Positions 26,708 to 36,783 are shown, counted from the stretch's first letter. The stretch is 64,000 nucleotides of DNA from an uncultured delta proteobacterium (GCA_963737905.1 CAVTUQ010000019.1:96001-160000), one strand, 5' to 3'. Notes: generated by a model from the letters alone, not told the origin. Translations and numbers: made by a program.

Positions 26708-29700
26708 ATGACGGAAAGTTTTCAGCGCTCCAAGCAGGATTGGCTCCTTGGGGTCGGTCTTTTTTGTTTCTTCTTTTCCGGCGCAGCGGGTCTAATCTAC
26801 CAGGTTGTATGGACCCGGATGCTTACCCAGATCTTCGGCAACACGACCTACGCTATCGCCACGGTCTTGTCCGCGTTCATGGCCGGATTGGCGATCGGCA
26901 GCTATCTCTTTGGAAAAATCGCCGACCGCGGCAAGAACGACTTCCTGCTATACGGGGTTCTTGAGGCGGGAGTGGGAATCTATGGATTTGCCGTACCTTG
27001 GATTTTCCACATGGCGCAAAAGATCTACGGCCCAATTTTCGGCCTCAATGAGTCGTATCCATTTATTTTCAATTTGGTGCTCTTTTCTCTTTGCTTTGTC
27101 TTGCTCGTGTTTCCGACCCTGCTCATGGGTGCTACCTTGCCGGTCCTGAGCCGCTTCTTCGTGCGCAGCTTTGCCCAGTTCGGCCGGCGGGTGGGAGACC
27201 TGTACGCCACCAACACCCTGGGCGCGGTGATCGGTTGCGCGGCCGGCGGTTTCCTTCTCATTCCCACTCTCGGAATGCGCGCTACCGTCTTTGTGGCAGC
27301 GACGGTCAATCTGTTGATCGCGGCGCTGATTTTGATTGTCGATCGCCTGCGGGATAAAGAACCAACGGAGTTCGCGGCCGAAACTGCTGCGGAAGCGGTC
27401 GAAAGAACAGAAAGAGAAGCCGCGCCATCATGGCTGCTTTGGGTTTTGTTGATCTCCTTCGGGCTCTCGGGATTTGCCTCCCTGGTCTATGAGAATGCCT
27501 GGACTCGTGCTTTGACACTGGTGATTGGCAGCTCGATCTATGCGTTCACGACGATGCTGGTGACTTTCCTCATCGGTCTCTCTCTCGGTGGGTTTATCTA
27601 CGCGCGCTTCCTGGGGAGGCGTGAGGCTCGCCTGAGCACGTTCGGGTTGATCGAGCTCGGGGTAGGCTTGGCCGCCCTGGCGACCATTCCTCTTTTCGAA
27701 CGGTTGCCATTGATCTTTGTTCGATTGCTGCAAGGCTTTGGGGATACGTTTACCGTCTTTCTCTACCTCCAAATATTTTTGTCGGCGCTGGTGATGTTCG
27801 TGCCTACGGTGCTCCTGGGCATGACGTTTCCATTGGTTGCGCGATTGTTTACGCAAAGTCTGTATCGCGTCGGTAGCGGTGTCGGTAGCTCCTATGCCGC
27901 CAATACCGTGGGCGCGGTTCTTGGCGCCTTTGCGGGCGGGTTTATTTTAATACCGAATATCGGCGTGCAGAATGCCATCCTATTCGCCGTGGTCATGAAT
28001 CTTTTGATCGGTTGCCTGCTCGTGTGGACGGATCCGCGAATGTCTATGGTGCCGCGATTTGCACTGGGTTTAGTTGTGTTGGTCCTGGCGGTTTTAATTC
28101 CCTTCCGAGTGCCGCGCTGGGATCCGCATATTCTCACCAGCGGTGTTACCATCTATTTCGATCGCTACGAGGGCCTGCCGACCAACTCCCTGCGGTTGGA
28201 AGAAATGAAGCGCGACGACGTCCTTTACTACCGCGAGGGGTTGACGACCACGGTGAGTGTTCATCGCATTCCTGGTAGCGAATACATGTACTTCAAGTCA
28301 AACGGTAAAATCGATGGTTCCTACGGCGATGCGCTCAGCCAGCTCATGACCAGCTACATTCCCATGTTGCTCCATCCCAAGGCTGAGTACGCGCTCACGA
28401 TCGGCTTGGGAACCGGCATGTCGACGAAGGCGTTGGCGACCTTCGATACCTTGAAGGAAATTGAGGTCATCGAGATCGAGCCGGCGATGATCGAAGCCAG
28501 CAAGTTCTTCGATCGAGCCTCTGTGAGAATGGACACACTGCCCGTGGGCGTCAGTTTCCCCGCTGACGATGGGAAAAGCAGAGTCTGGTACGACAAAAGC
28601 AAGAAACTCCTCTTCTACAAAGGCGTCATGAAAGACGAAGAACGGTCCAGGCTGATGAAACTTTCGGAGGACCTCGAATATCGGGGGTCCATCGATACGC
28701 TTCATCGGCGCGCACGTAACTCCCGTCATAGCAGTGTCCTCGAAGACAAGCGGGTGCGCGTGATTCCGACGGACGGCCGGAACTATATTCTCGCGACGCC
28801 AAAGTATTACGACGTGATCACCGCCGAGCCGTCGAATCCCTGGATCGCGGGTATCGCCAATCTGTACACGAGGGAATTCTACCAGGTGATCAAGTCAAAG
28901 ATTAAGGAGGACGGGATCTTCGCGCAGTGGTTTCACAATTACTCCATGTCGCCGGACGATTTCCGCATGGTGTTTCGGACTTTCGTCGAGGCTTTCCCGT
29001 ACGTATCGCTCTGGAGCATGAAGGAAAGCGATTTCCTGCTGGTCGGCAGCAAGCAGGAACATCCCTTCGATTACGCCGCAGTGAAGAAAATCTATGACAG
29101 TAATTGGATGCTGAGGTCGGATCTCGACTATCTAGGGTTATCGGATGTTTATGCGGTGCAGGGGTTTTATCGTATGGGAAGAGAAAACCTATTGACCTTT
29201 TCCAAGGGCGCTGACATCAACACGGACGACGGCGCGCAGCTGGAGTTCTCCGCGCCCAAAAGCCTTCGCCGCGCGACAACGGAGCTCAATCGGAAAATTA
29301 TGGTCCCCTACATCGTTGATTCGCCGCCGTGGTTGAAAAACAAATCGCTGCCGGTCCCGGAAGCCATGCATCACTATTATATGGCGCAGTCCTACGTGGC
29401 GAGCGTTGCCAACAATCGGGCTTTAGATGAATTGGAACAAGCCATCCGTTTGGATCCAACGAATCCAAGGTTCTATGTTTTGCAAACCAAAATTCTGTTG
29501 GATCAAGACAAGAGCGTTGAGGCGGCCAAAACCGCCTTCGCTGCCATGGAACGGTCGCGCGATACCGTTTCGGATATTTTGGCGCTGAGTGACGAGTTCT
29601 ATTTGCCGGAAGCCAAGACCGTCTATTCCAAAGCTATTGCGCTGGGCAACCGTGAGGTTCTTCCCTATCTGGGTTTGGGAAATATCGCGCTCCACTCGGG

Positions 29701-30142
29701 AGACATCCACGAAGCGGAAAAATGGTTTATGCAGGCACGTGAGATTCAGGCGGACCATCCCGCGGTATTGCTGGCGTTGGGTCGCCTCGCCTTGGTAAAA
29801 GGCAATCGTGAAAAGGATAATGAGGCGGCCACAAGTCTTTTTCAGGAAGCCAGGGGACAGCTGGAAAAATCCAAAGCGAAGGGCGAGGACTCGGCCACGC
29901 TTTATTCGGAATTGGGAGAGGTCTATGTCAAACTGAACATGTGGGACAAAGCCGCCGAATCCTACAAAGAAGCGTTACGAATGCGGCGGAGAAGAAACGA
30001 TTGGCGGCGCTCTCTGGGCGAAGCCTACGCGAAGCTCGGCAAAGTGGGGGAGGCGGAACAGAAATACCGCGAGGTTTTGGCTTTAAGCCCCGACGACGAC
30101 CAAGCCTTCTACGGTCTTCAAGCTTTGGGAAAGAGGTACTGA
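26708..30142 (+). CDS. Fused multi-TM (MFS-like)/spermidine-synthase-like SAM-fold protein with C-terminal TPRs
   Basis: Two repeated TM blocks (SGAAGLIYQVVW / SGFASLVYENAW, LYATNTLGA / YAANTVGA), then IGLGTG, IEIEP, DGRNY, YDVITAEPSNPW and TPR helices. Confidence 0.85.
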   Translation: MTESFQRSKQDWLLGVGLFCFFFSGAAGLIYQVVWTRMLTQIFGNTTYAIATVLSAFMAGLAIGSYLFGKIADRGKNDFLLYGVLEAGVGIYGFAVPWIFHMAQKIYGPIFGLNESYPFIFNLVLFSLCFVLLVFPTLLMGATLPVLSRFFVRSFAQFGRRVGDLYATNTLGAVIGCAAGGFLLIPTLGMRATVFVAATVNLLIAALILIVDRLRDKEPTEFAAETAAEAVERTEREAAPSWLLWVLLISFGLSGFASLVYENAWTRALTLVIGSSIYAFTTMLVTFLIGLSLGGFIYARFLGRREARLSTFGLIELGVGLAALATIPLFERLPLIFVRLLQGFGDTFTVFLYLQIFLSALVMFVPTVLLGMTFPLVARLFTQSLYRVGSGVGSSYAANTVGAVLGAFAGGFILIPNIGVQNAILFAVVMNLLIGCLLVWTDPRMSMVPRFALGLVVLVLAVLIPFRVPRWDPHILTSGVTIYFDRYEGLPTNSLRLEEMKRDDVLYYREGLTTTVSVHRIPGSEYMYFKSNGKIDGSYGDALSQLMTSYIPMLLHPKAEYALTIGLGTGMSTKALATFDTLKEIEVIEIEPAMIEASKFFDRASVRMDTLPVGVSFPADDGKSRVWYDKSKKLLFYKGVMKDEERSRLMKLSEDLEYRGSIDTLHRRARNSRHSSVLEDKRVRVIPTDGRNYILATPKYYDVITAEPSNPWIAGIANLYTREFYQVIKSKIKEDGIFAQWFHNYSMSPDDFRMVFRTFVEAFPYVSLWSMKESDFLLVGSKQEHPFDYAAVKKIYDSNWMLRSDLDYLGLSDVYAVQGFYRMGRENLLTFSKGADINTDDGAQLEFSAPKSLRRATTELNRKIMVPYIVDSPPWLKNKSLPVPEAMHHYYMAQSYVASVANNRALDELEQAIRLDPTNPRFYVLQTKILLDQDKSVEAAKTAFAAMERSRDTVSDILALSDEFYLPEAKTVYSKAIALGNREVLPYLGLGNIALHSGDIHEAEKWFMQAREIQADHPAVLLALGRLALVKGNREKDNEAATSLFQEARGQLEKSKAKGEDSATLYSELGEVYVKLNMWDKAAESYKEALRMRRRRNDWRRSLGEAYAKLGKVGEAEQKYREVLALSPDDDQAFYGLQALGKRY

Positions 30143-30180
30143 ACTAGGGCATTTCCTTGTTGTCCGTTATTTCCGCAGGG

Positions 30181-30214
30181 GGCCTTCGGTGATGCGCCGA
30201 AGGCCTTTTGTTTT
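30181..30214 (+). terminator. Intrinsic terminator
   Basis: GGCCTTCGG-7 nt-CCGAAGGCC-TTTTGTTTT. Confidence 0.75.
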
Positions 30215-30292
30215 GGACGAGGCGCTTTGCAGTTCCGGTCTCAAGGCTTTATTGTGTGGGACGAGCGTAAAGGACGGGCGAGGGAGCACCTG

Positions 30293-31108
30293 ATGTTGAA
30301 GGAAAAAATCGGAATTATTGGGGCAGGGAAGATCGGCTCGGCGATCGTGCGTGGAATCATTGGGGCCGGTCTCGTGGCCAGAGATCAAGTCATGGCGGGC
30401 GATGTAAGCGACGCATTGCGGCAGTCCATTGCCAAAGAGCTCGGCATCCAAGTCACGGCGGACAACGGCAGAGTCTGTGATTTCGCCGACAGCGTTATTC
30501 TCGCAGTCAAACCCCAGATCGTGGACTCGGTGGTCAAGGAAATCGCAGAGAAGCTGGGCAAAGCCAAGCTTTTGGTCTCGGTTGCCGCGGGTGTTCCTCT
30601 TGTCCGCCTGGAGGCCAATTTGTCGCAAGAGGCTCGCGTTGTACGGGTCATGCCCAATATTCCCTGTGTCGTGGGTGCCGGAGCAGCCGGCTATGCCGGC
30701 GGGGCATACGCGACGGCCGAGGATATGGAGAAAGTCGGCTTGATTCTCAACAGTTTTGGCATCGCCCTGCCCGTGGAAGAAAAATATTTGGACGCGGTGA
30801 CCGGGCTCAGCGGCAGCGGGCCGGCGTATGTGTTTCTCTTTATTGAGTCGTTGGCAGACGGCGGAGTTCAAATGGGTCTATCCCGAGAAGTCGCGCTGAA
30901 ACTAGCGCTCCACACGGTATACGGCTCCGCGCGCATGGCACTCGAAAGCGGCAAACACCTCGGGGAACTGAGGGACGAAGTCACCTCGCCAGGGGGGACG
31001 ACGATCGCGGGACTCTACGCGCTGGAGCAAAAGGGATTTCGCGGAACTGTCATGGAAGCCGTCGTTAGCGCCACGCGGCGGTCCCAAGAGCTGGGAAAGG
31101 GACAATAG
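30293..31108 (+). CDS. proC: Pyrroline-5-carboxylate reductase
   Basis: IGAGKIG, LAVKPQ, RVMPN, TGLSGSGPAY, VTSPGGTT. Confidence 0.95.
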   Translation: MLKEKIGIIGAGKIGSAIVRGIIGAGLVARDQVMAGDVSDALRQSIAKELGIQVTADNGRVCDFADSVILAVKPQIVDSVVKEIAEKLGKAKLLVSVAAGVPLVRLEANLSQEARVVRVMPNIPCVVGAGAAGYAGGAYATAEDMEKVGLILNSFGIALPVEEKYLDAVTGLSGSGPAYVFLFIESLADGGVQMGLSREVALKLALHTVYGSARMALESGKHLGELRDEVTSPGGTTIAGLYALEQKGFRGTVMEAVVSATRRSQELGKGQ

Positions 31109-31124
31109 GCATTGAAGCGTTGCC

Positions 31125-31706
31125 TCATTTCTTTTTCCAATTTCCTTGAGCGTCTTGGATCCACCAACCCGGTTGCGCCTGTTCAATCCAACTCCTGGCG
31201 AAAATACTTTTGATTTTTGTCACGGATTCCTTGGGAAAATTATTCGCCTTCGCTATCTCAAGATACAGGGATTCGCGATCCCGGTTCTCCGCGTCTACGA
31301 GCTGTTGCACCTCCGCCCGTTCCTTAAGGCTAAGGCCGTCTGCGGTTCGGATCGTCAGCAGGCCATCTTTTGTGAGCCCCACATTGCCGCGATCCATAAA
31401 CGGCTTGATGGATCCGCTTCGATTCTTGATCGAATCTTTCAAAGCGCGAATGGCGGGATTGGAAATATTGATGTCCGCTTCTTGGGCGAAAACTGAGTCG
31501 ACAAAACCGACAGATGCGATCTTCCACCCCGGAGTCGAAAGCAGACTGCGGGGTTGCTCTTTGGGAACCGATTCGACTCGGCTTCCCCAGGTTTCTTTGA
31601 CAATCTCATCCGCCGCGCGCTCCACCGCTGCGGCCGGAAAATAGATATTCACTGTCACGCAGGAGTTCACTAAGAATGCTATGAGAACAGCAATCCGTTT
31701 CAACAT
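31125..31706 (-). CDS. YnbE-like lipoprotein fused to a YdbL (DUF1318) domain
   Basis: Lipobox-like VNSC then VTVNIYFP. C-terminal LVDAENRDRESLY and PGWWIQDAQGNW. Confidence 0.78.
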   Translation of the reverse strand: MLKRIAVLIAFLVNSCVTVNIYFPAAAVERAADEIVKETWGSRVESVPKEQPRSLLSTPGWKIASVGFVDSVFAQEADINISNPAIRALKDSIKNRSGSIKPFMDRGNVGLTKDGLLTIRTADGLSLKERAEVQQLVDAENRDRESLYLEIAKANNFPKESVTKIKSIFARSWIEQAQPGWWIQDAQGNWKKK

Positions 31707-31718
31707 AATGCCTCCATG

Positions 31719-34661
31719 TCACTTGATTTGCGGCTTGTCTGATTTCTGGATTTGTTCTAATCGCTTCATAAGGTCACTAAAAGCAATCTCCCGTGTGTGG
31801 CTGATGACGTTGACGGTCGGCGGAAAAAAGCTGCCGACGACGAGAAATTCTTTTCCTCCATCGCTCTCGATGCCACGGAGGGTCAGTTTGTCGTTTCTCA
31901 GGGTGGCCTTGAATCCCATCTTGCTATAACGGAATTCGTCAAAAAGACCGGCGATCCCTCCATAGACCAGACTCCCATCCTCACCGGAGCTTAATACCGT
32001 GATCTTGTCGAGCGCTTCGACACTGATCCATTGACTGCTGCCGGGCCTCTCCACGGTGTGAATGTCGGCCTGCATCTCGGAAGGCTGCCCGTCGGCGATG
32101 ATCAAATCGCTAATCGTTCCCTCTAAAATGCCCGAGATGCGTCCGAATGCGAACGTCTCGGATGCTTGTTCGAGATGAATTCCGTGAAAGCGAGCATCTA
32201 ACTTGATCGCCGGCAGCGAAGAGAACGGGTTTTCGATTTCCGTCTTGCTCACCTCCACCTGCCCACCAAAGACGTCGATCTGGATTTGGCCCTCACTGCG
32301 AAGAACGTTCCCCGTCATCTCCACTTTTGGAATAGAGCCGCTGAGGGTGCCGCCGAAACGATACCAACCTAAGCTTTCGGTCACCCTTTGAAGCTGGAGA
32401 TCTTTCGTATCGATAGCGAGCGAAAACGCCTGGGGATCTCCGATGATATCGGGCCACGCAAACTTGCGGATTTCAATCGTGCCGCCATACATGCGGACCG
32501 AAATGGGTTGATCAAATTTTAGCGTGTTGTTCCACAAGGAGACCGGTGTCTTAATCTCCGGAATCGACTCAGGGCCGAAACGGAGCGACTCGATGGTCAA
32601 TGTTCCGTTCAGAACGCCTGCAGGTGCTTCGCTTGTGGCTGCAGGCAAATGCACGCGGAAGGGCAGAGCGAGATTTACGGGACCGATTTGCCATTTTCCG
32701 GACTTAACGCGCAGGCTGCCGCGGCGCACCTGGAGATTTCCCTTCACGAACAGATCATCCAAAGCCCCGGATGCTTCGGCGGTCAAATCAACACGGCCGT
32801 CGAGGATTAGCTGATCCAGGAGCGGGTAGCTCCGGCTCAGGGTTTCACGAACGAAGAGGTCAAAAGCGGTTGAAGGTTGGATGCCGTTACTTTTAATCTG
32901 AATGTGGGCTATTGGCTTTTGGGAGATTGGTTGCACCGTTCCAATAAGTTCCACTTTGCCGACGTTGGCGAGTGAAAGGTCGAGCCTTCGCAGTTGCAGC
33001 GCGTCTTGGCTGGCGAGGTAATCGCCGTCAAAGTCAATCGAAGCCTCGCGGGATTTCAAATCTCCGAAAAATTTTCCCCAAAGAATCTCACCTTCTTCGA
33101 TATTTAATTTGCCGGCCAGGGAAATCATCTGCGTATCTCTGGCCGTCATGACTAAATGACCGGCGAGGGTCAAATGCTCTCCCATCTTGGAACCGTCCGT
33201 ACTGGCGTAGTGGGCGCCGAGAAGCCGGAGCTTCGCCGTGGTCTTCAGCGGTTCGTTGGGTCTTAATTCCAGCGTGCCATCGAGCTCTAGCTCGTCAGCT
33301 GCGAGCTTGAGGTGGCTCCCGATCAGTGCCGAAGGTCTACCCTGCAGGCGGACATCACCGGCGCGTAAGGTTGAATGGGTCCACGAAAACGGTGCCGTCA
33401 GGTTGAGTTGCTGCAGCGAAAACGCATCGTTTTTTAGCTCCGCTCCATTCGTTCGGGCGACTCCTTTGATATCGATAGCGTTCCAAGGCCCCTCGATTTC
33501 CAAATCGGCGTCAGCAGTACCGCGGACGGTCCAGGCTTTGGTGGTTTCGGGAAGGAATGCTTTGATGGTTTCCGCGGGGATCCTGCGAAGGTTCGCTCGC
33601 GCCTTCGCCACAGTCGGCTCGGGAACGAAGAAAATCATGCCTTTGCCTTCAGCCGTTCCGGATGCGGAAATGAGATGAAGTGCATTGAAGGTCAGAGCGT
33701 TTTCCGGGAAAGAGTAGGTGCCTTCAAGGTTTCCGACGGCGCCGCCGGGAATCGTCGGGAGCTTAACGGAACCGATTTGAGCAGGGAGATCGGTCGCGAC
33801 AATCTTCACCGATAGGGCGGCGTTCTTGAAGCCGGGATCGATGTCGGCGCGCGATTCGAAGCGGCCATTTATCTTTTCAGCGCCGATGGCCAATCCATCA
33901 AACTGTCCCGACGCCGACAGCGTCAATGCCTGGCTCTGAGTCTTTTGCAAGTTTATTTTGACATCTAGAGCGTCACGGGAAGGAGTTTTCTGTGACAGCA
34001 CATGGGGCAGATCCCGGGCGGGCGCCTGCTGGACCTTGATCTCGGCCTCCTGCTGATCCTTCTTGCTTCGAATCGAGATCTCCGCCGAACCTTGGAGCCA
34101 CGGAAGATCCGTCCGTAGAGTCATTCCGCTCGTTTGTCCCAGGTTGACGTTCTCTGCGTTCAAATTGACGGCGCGAAAATCCAAATTTTGGCCTTCCATT
34201 GTTTTTAAGATGATCGTGCCGTCCTCAACATTCAAATGGCGAACCCCGATCTCCATTGAACTTTTTGCTGAAGAGTCGAACAGTTTTTGAAGGTCAACGT
34301 GAAAGATGGGTTTTTGGAGTTTGATTCGGTAGATGCTCTTGGAGAAGAGATCAATAAAACCGAAAGTAACGGTAATGTGCTCTCCCTGCAGAAGGGTTTC
34401 CGAGTCATTCGAAACCTCCAGGGTCGAGGCAGTTAGGCCGAAGGGAAATGTTAGTCTCAGATTGCTCAGGTCAATTTTGTGACCGGTTCTCTGGGTGGCT
34501 TCGGCTTTGAGCCACTGCTGAAAACGAACCGAGCGAACGAAGAAAAAAAGCGAGAGATAGGCCACGGCTAGAACCGCCGTGGAGAAGAATGCTGCTTTGA
34601 ACGCGAATCTCTTCAAAGCGGTCACTTTTGTAACGATACACTCTGATGGTTTGACGAGCAA
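31719..34661 (-). CDS. AsmA-like/YdbH-like intermembrane lipid-bridge protein
   Basis: 980 aa, single N-terminal TM anchor, repetitive beta-rich body, directly upstream of the YdbL-type gene. Confidence 0.7.
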   Translation of the reverse strand: MLVKPSECIVTKVTALKRFAFKAAFFSTAVLAVAYLSLFFFVRSVRFQQWLKAEATQRTGHKIDLSNLRLTFPFGLTASTLEVSNDSETLLQGEHITVTFGFIDLFSKSIYRIKLQKPIFHVDLQKLFDSSAKSSMEIGVRHLNVEDGTIILKTMEGQNLDFRAVNLNAENVNLGQTSGMTLRTDLPWLQGSAEISIRSKKDQQEAEIKVQQAPARDLPHVLSQKTPSRDALDVKINLQKTQSQALTLSASGQFDGLAIGAEKINGRFESRADIDPGFKNAALSVKIVATDLPAQIGSVKLPTIPGGAVGNLEGTYSFPENALTFNALHLISASGTAEGKGMIFFVPEPTVAKARANLRRIPAETIKAFLPETTKAWTVRGTADADLEIEGPWNAIDIKGVARTNGAELKNDAFSLQQLNLTAPFSWTHSTLRAGDVRLQGRPSALIGSHLKLAADELELDGTLELRPNEPLKTTAKLRLLGAHYASTDGSKMGEHLTLAGHLVMTARDTQMISLAGKLNIEEGEILWGKFFGDLKSREASIDFDGDYLASQDALQLRRLDLSLANVGKVELIGTVQPISQKPIAHIQIKSNGIQPSTAFDLFVRETLSRSYPLLDQLILDGRVDLTAEASGALDDLFVKGNLQVRRGSLRVKSGKWQIGPVNLALPFRVHLPAATSEAPAGVLNGTLTIESLRFGPESIPEIKTPVSLWNNTLKFDQPISVRMYGGTIEIRKFAWPDIIGDPQAFSLAIDTKDLQLQRVTESLGWYRFGGTLSGSIPKVEMTGNVLRSEGQIQIDVFGGQVEVSKTEIENPFSSLPAIKLDARFHGIHLEQASETFAFGRISGILEGTISDLIIADGQPSEMQADIHTVERPGSSQWISVEALDKITVLSSGEDGSLVYGGIAGLFDEFRYSKMGFKATLRNDKLTLRGIESDGGKEFLVVGSFFPPTVNVISHTREIAFSDLMKRLEQIQKSDKPQIK

Positions 34662-34780
34662 CCAATCATAAAATGATACGCCCGGCCGCCGGTTCTGCTC
34701 GTGGCCATGGGCCGCTGAAAAGGAGTGAGAGATGACGCGAAGACGGTAGCGAAATATCGCTAAAGAAATCTGACCGGACG

Positions 34781-35818
34781 CTAGCTCGCCATTCGCAGCA
34801 CGACTTTGCCGAATTGCTTGGCCTCTTCAAGGTGCCGCTGAGCTGCGGCGGCCTCCTTTAGCGGAAAGACGCTATCGACGGTCGGGTTGATTTTTTTCAC
34901 AGCCATGAAGCTCAAAAGCTGGCGGAATTCTTCTCGGCTCCCCAGAGTTGACCCATAAATTTTCAAGTGCTTGGAAAAAATCGATGTCAGGTTGTCCCTG
35001 GGTTGACCGCCGGCGGTGGCGCCGCAAGTCACCAGGCGACCTCCTCTGGCCAACGCGGCGAGGCTTTTTTGCCATACCTCCCCTGCTACAGAATCGATCA
35101 CCACATCCACACCCCTATTCCCGGTGAGTCCGTTGACCTCTTGAAGAAAATCCTTTTTACGATGGTTGATTCCATGATCGGCGCCCAGGTTTTTTGCCCG
35201 TTCCAGTTTTTCATCGCTGCCCGAGGTGACGATAACCTCTGCGCCGATGTTTTTGGCGACTTGCAGCGCGGCGCTGGCCACTCCCCCGCCGATGCCTATA
35301 ATCAGCAGAGTTTCTCCAGGTTTCAATTGAGCGTTGGTGATCAACATTCGCCAAAGCGTAATGCACACCAGGGGAAAAGCCGCAGCTTCCTCGAAGGATA
35401 AGCCGGCTGGAATCGGAAAGCAGTTTTCCGCGGCTACTTTCACGTATTCGGCATAGGTGCCCTCCAACCTCTCGCCGAGGACGCGCAAATGAACGCACAT
35501 GAAATCCCGCCCGGTTAAACAAAACTCGCAGCGACCGCAGCCAGTTCCGGGATAGAGGCAAACCGCATCCCCTTCTTTCACATTTTCGACTTCCGTTCCA
35601 AGTTCAACGACCACTCCGGCGCCGTCTGCACCAAGGATGTGAGGCATTTGAACCACGATGCCGGTGGCTCCCAGACGATTCCAGATATCGATGTGATTGA
35701 GCGAAGCGGCCTTCAGTTTGACGATAACCTCGTTGGGTTGCGTCAATCGAGGCTTGTCCGCGGCCTCGTAGAAGAGTTGCTCGACGCCGCCATATCCGTG
35801 CATCCGAACCGCTTTCAA
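34781..35818 (-). CDS. Zinc-binding alcohol dehydrogenase/quinone oxidoreductase (MDR family)
   Basis: SLNHID, LGADGAG, CGRCEFC...C, GIGGGVA, FGKVVL. TTG start inferred after GAGGAA. Confidence 0.88.
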   Translation of the reverse strand: MKAVRMHGYGGVEQLFYEAADKPRLTQPNEVIVKLKAASLNHIDIWNRLGATGIVVQMPHILGADGAGVVVELGTEVENVKEGDAVCLYPGTGCGRCEFCLTGRDFMCVHLRVLGERLEGTYAEYVKVAAENCFPIPAGLSFEEAAAFPLVCITLWRMLITNAQLKPGETLLIIGIGGGVASAALQVAKNIGAEVIVTSGSDEKLERAKNLGADHGINHRKKDFLQEVNGLTGNRGVDVVIDSVAGEVWQKSLAALARGGRLVTCGATAGGQPRDNLTSIFSKHLKIYGSTLGSREEFRQLLSFMAVKKINPTVDSVFPLKEAAAAQRHLEEAKQFGKVVLRMAS

Positions 35819-36046
35819 AGATTCTTCCTCGATGCTTATGGGCGTAGCAACCCCTGTCATCGTTGTCAATTCAGTCGTTGCGTGATCTCCCTATGGGGAT
35901 CCGAACGGCACGGGAGCCACCCATGCGGATTGTCTACACGCTGTCTAAGTTCTATTCAAAAGCAGCGGGACAAATTTACGCGGCGAAAAGTTATGACCTT
36001 TCCGAGCGCCCGCGCAGCCGTGAAATCCAGGGTCGATTTTTGGGGG

Positions 36047-36080
36047 AGGGGGTGTCCCCTGAGGGGAGGGGACACCCCCT
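36047..36080. other. Perfect 14-bp GC-rich hairpin of unknown role
   Basis: AGGGGGTGTCCCCT-GAGGGG-AGGGGACACCCCCT. Confidence 0.6.
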
Positions 36081-36180
36081 TGGGTTGGTAGCCGCAAACC
36101 CGAACCGTAACGCCGAAAATGTTCGAGCTTGCGCTCGTGAAACACTGGTTGGCCGGCCCTTATCCGGCGATAGTTAAGGC

Positions 36181-36381
36181 TTATCTCATTCGTGCCATGG
36201 CGAACTGTAATTTTTTTAATTCACCCTCAAGATAAAGATCTTTCAACTGATGGCGGTCCAAGTGTGCCTCGAGATGCTCCGCCGGGTAGATCTTGGTGCC
36301 ACACCGATGACATACCGCCGCGTGATAAGTTGCGTCCTCGTATCGAATGTCACTCAGTTCGGATGGGATAGTTGTTTCCAT
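36181..36381 (-). CDS. Small protein with a classical C2H2 zinc finger
   Basis: CHRC-GTKIYPAEHLEA-H-LDR-H fits C-x2-C-x12-H-x3-H. GAGGGA RBS. Confidence 0.7.
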   Translation of the reverse strand: METTIPSELSDIRYEDATYHAAVCHRCGTKIYPAEHLEAHLDRHQLKDLYLEGELKKLQFAMARMR

Positions 36382-36426
36382 ATGTCCCTCTCTGTCTTTG
36401 TTTTGCAGCGCGAGTCAACGTGAGAC

Positions 36427-36443
36427 AGCAATTGACATGCCAA
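36427..36443 (-). promoter_or_regulatory. Sigma54 (-24/-12) promoter
   Basis: TTGGCATGTCAATTGCT fits GG-N10-GC, about 45 nt upstream of the zinc-finger ATG. Confidence 0.7.
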
Positions 36444-36565
36444 GGTTTTCACTTACCCCGATATTCTAGAAATACTGTGATTTTCCCGTGTCTTATTCGC
36501 TCATTCTGGAAGTAAATTTAGTGGTTCAGGATCAATAGGAATGATAGTTTGCTAACAAAAGTACA

Positions 36566-36602
36566 GTTTTGTACAACGTAAACGTATTTTCTTGTACAAA
36601 AC
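36566..36602. promoter_or_regulatory. Candidate enhancer (bEBP upstream activating site)
   Basis: Perfect 11-bp inverted repeat GTTTTGTACAA ... TTGTACAAAAC, about 125-160 bp upstream of the sigma54 box, with AT-rich DNA between. Confidence 0.55.
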
Positions 36603-36783
36603 GGTCAGTTGCTTCCTATCTGTTTTCCAGAGCGTTCGCTTTGTGTTTTATTGGGAAATCGCGAGCCGACAACTATGAGGGAGTCGGAAAGTTGACGACG
36701 CCGTAGTTGTCAAGGTAACAATCCAAATGGACGGCGTGCGGCGATGTAACGCCGCCTGCTTTGCATGCCGGGAATCTTGAGAG

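Noticed and set aside
28510-28735. Intein in the spermidine-synthase-like gene
   Set aside because: Too short, with no N-terminal Cys/Ser block or C-terminal His-Asn.
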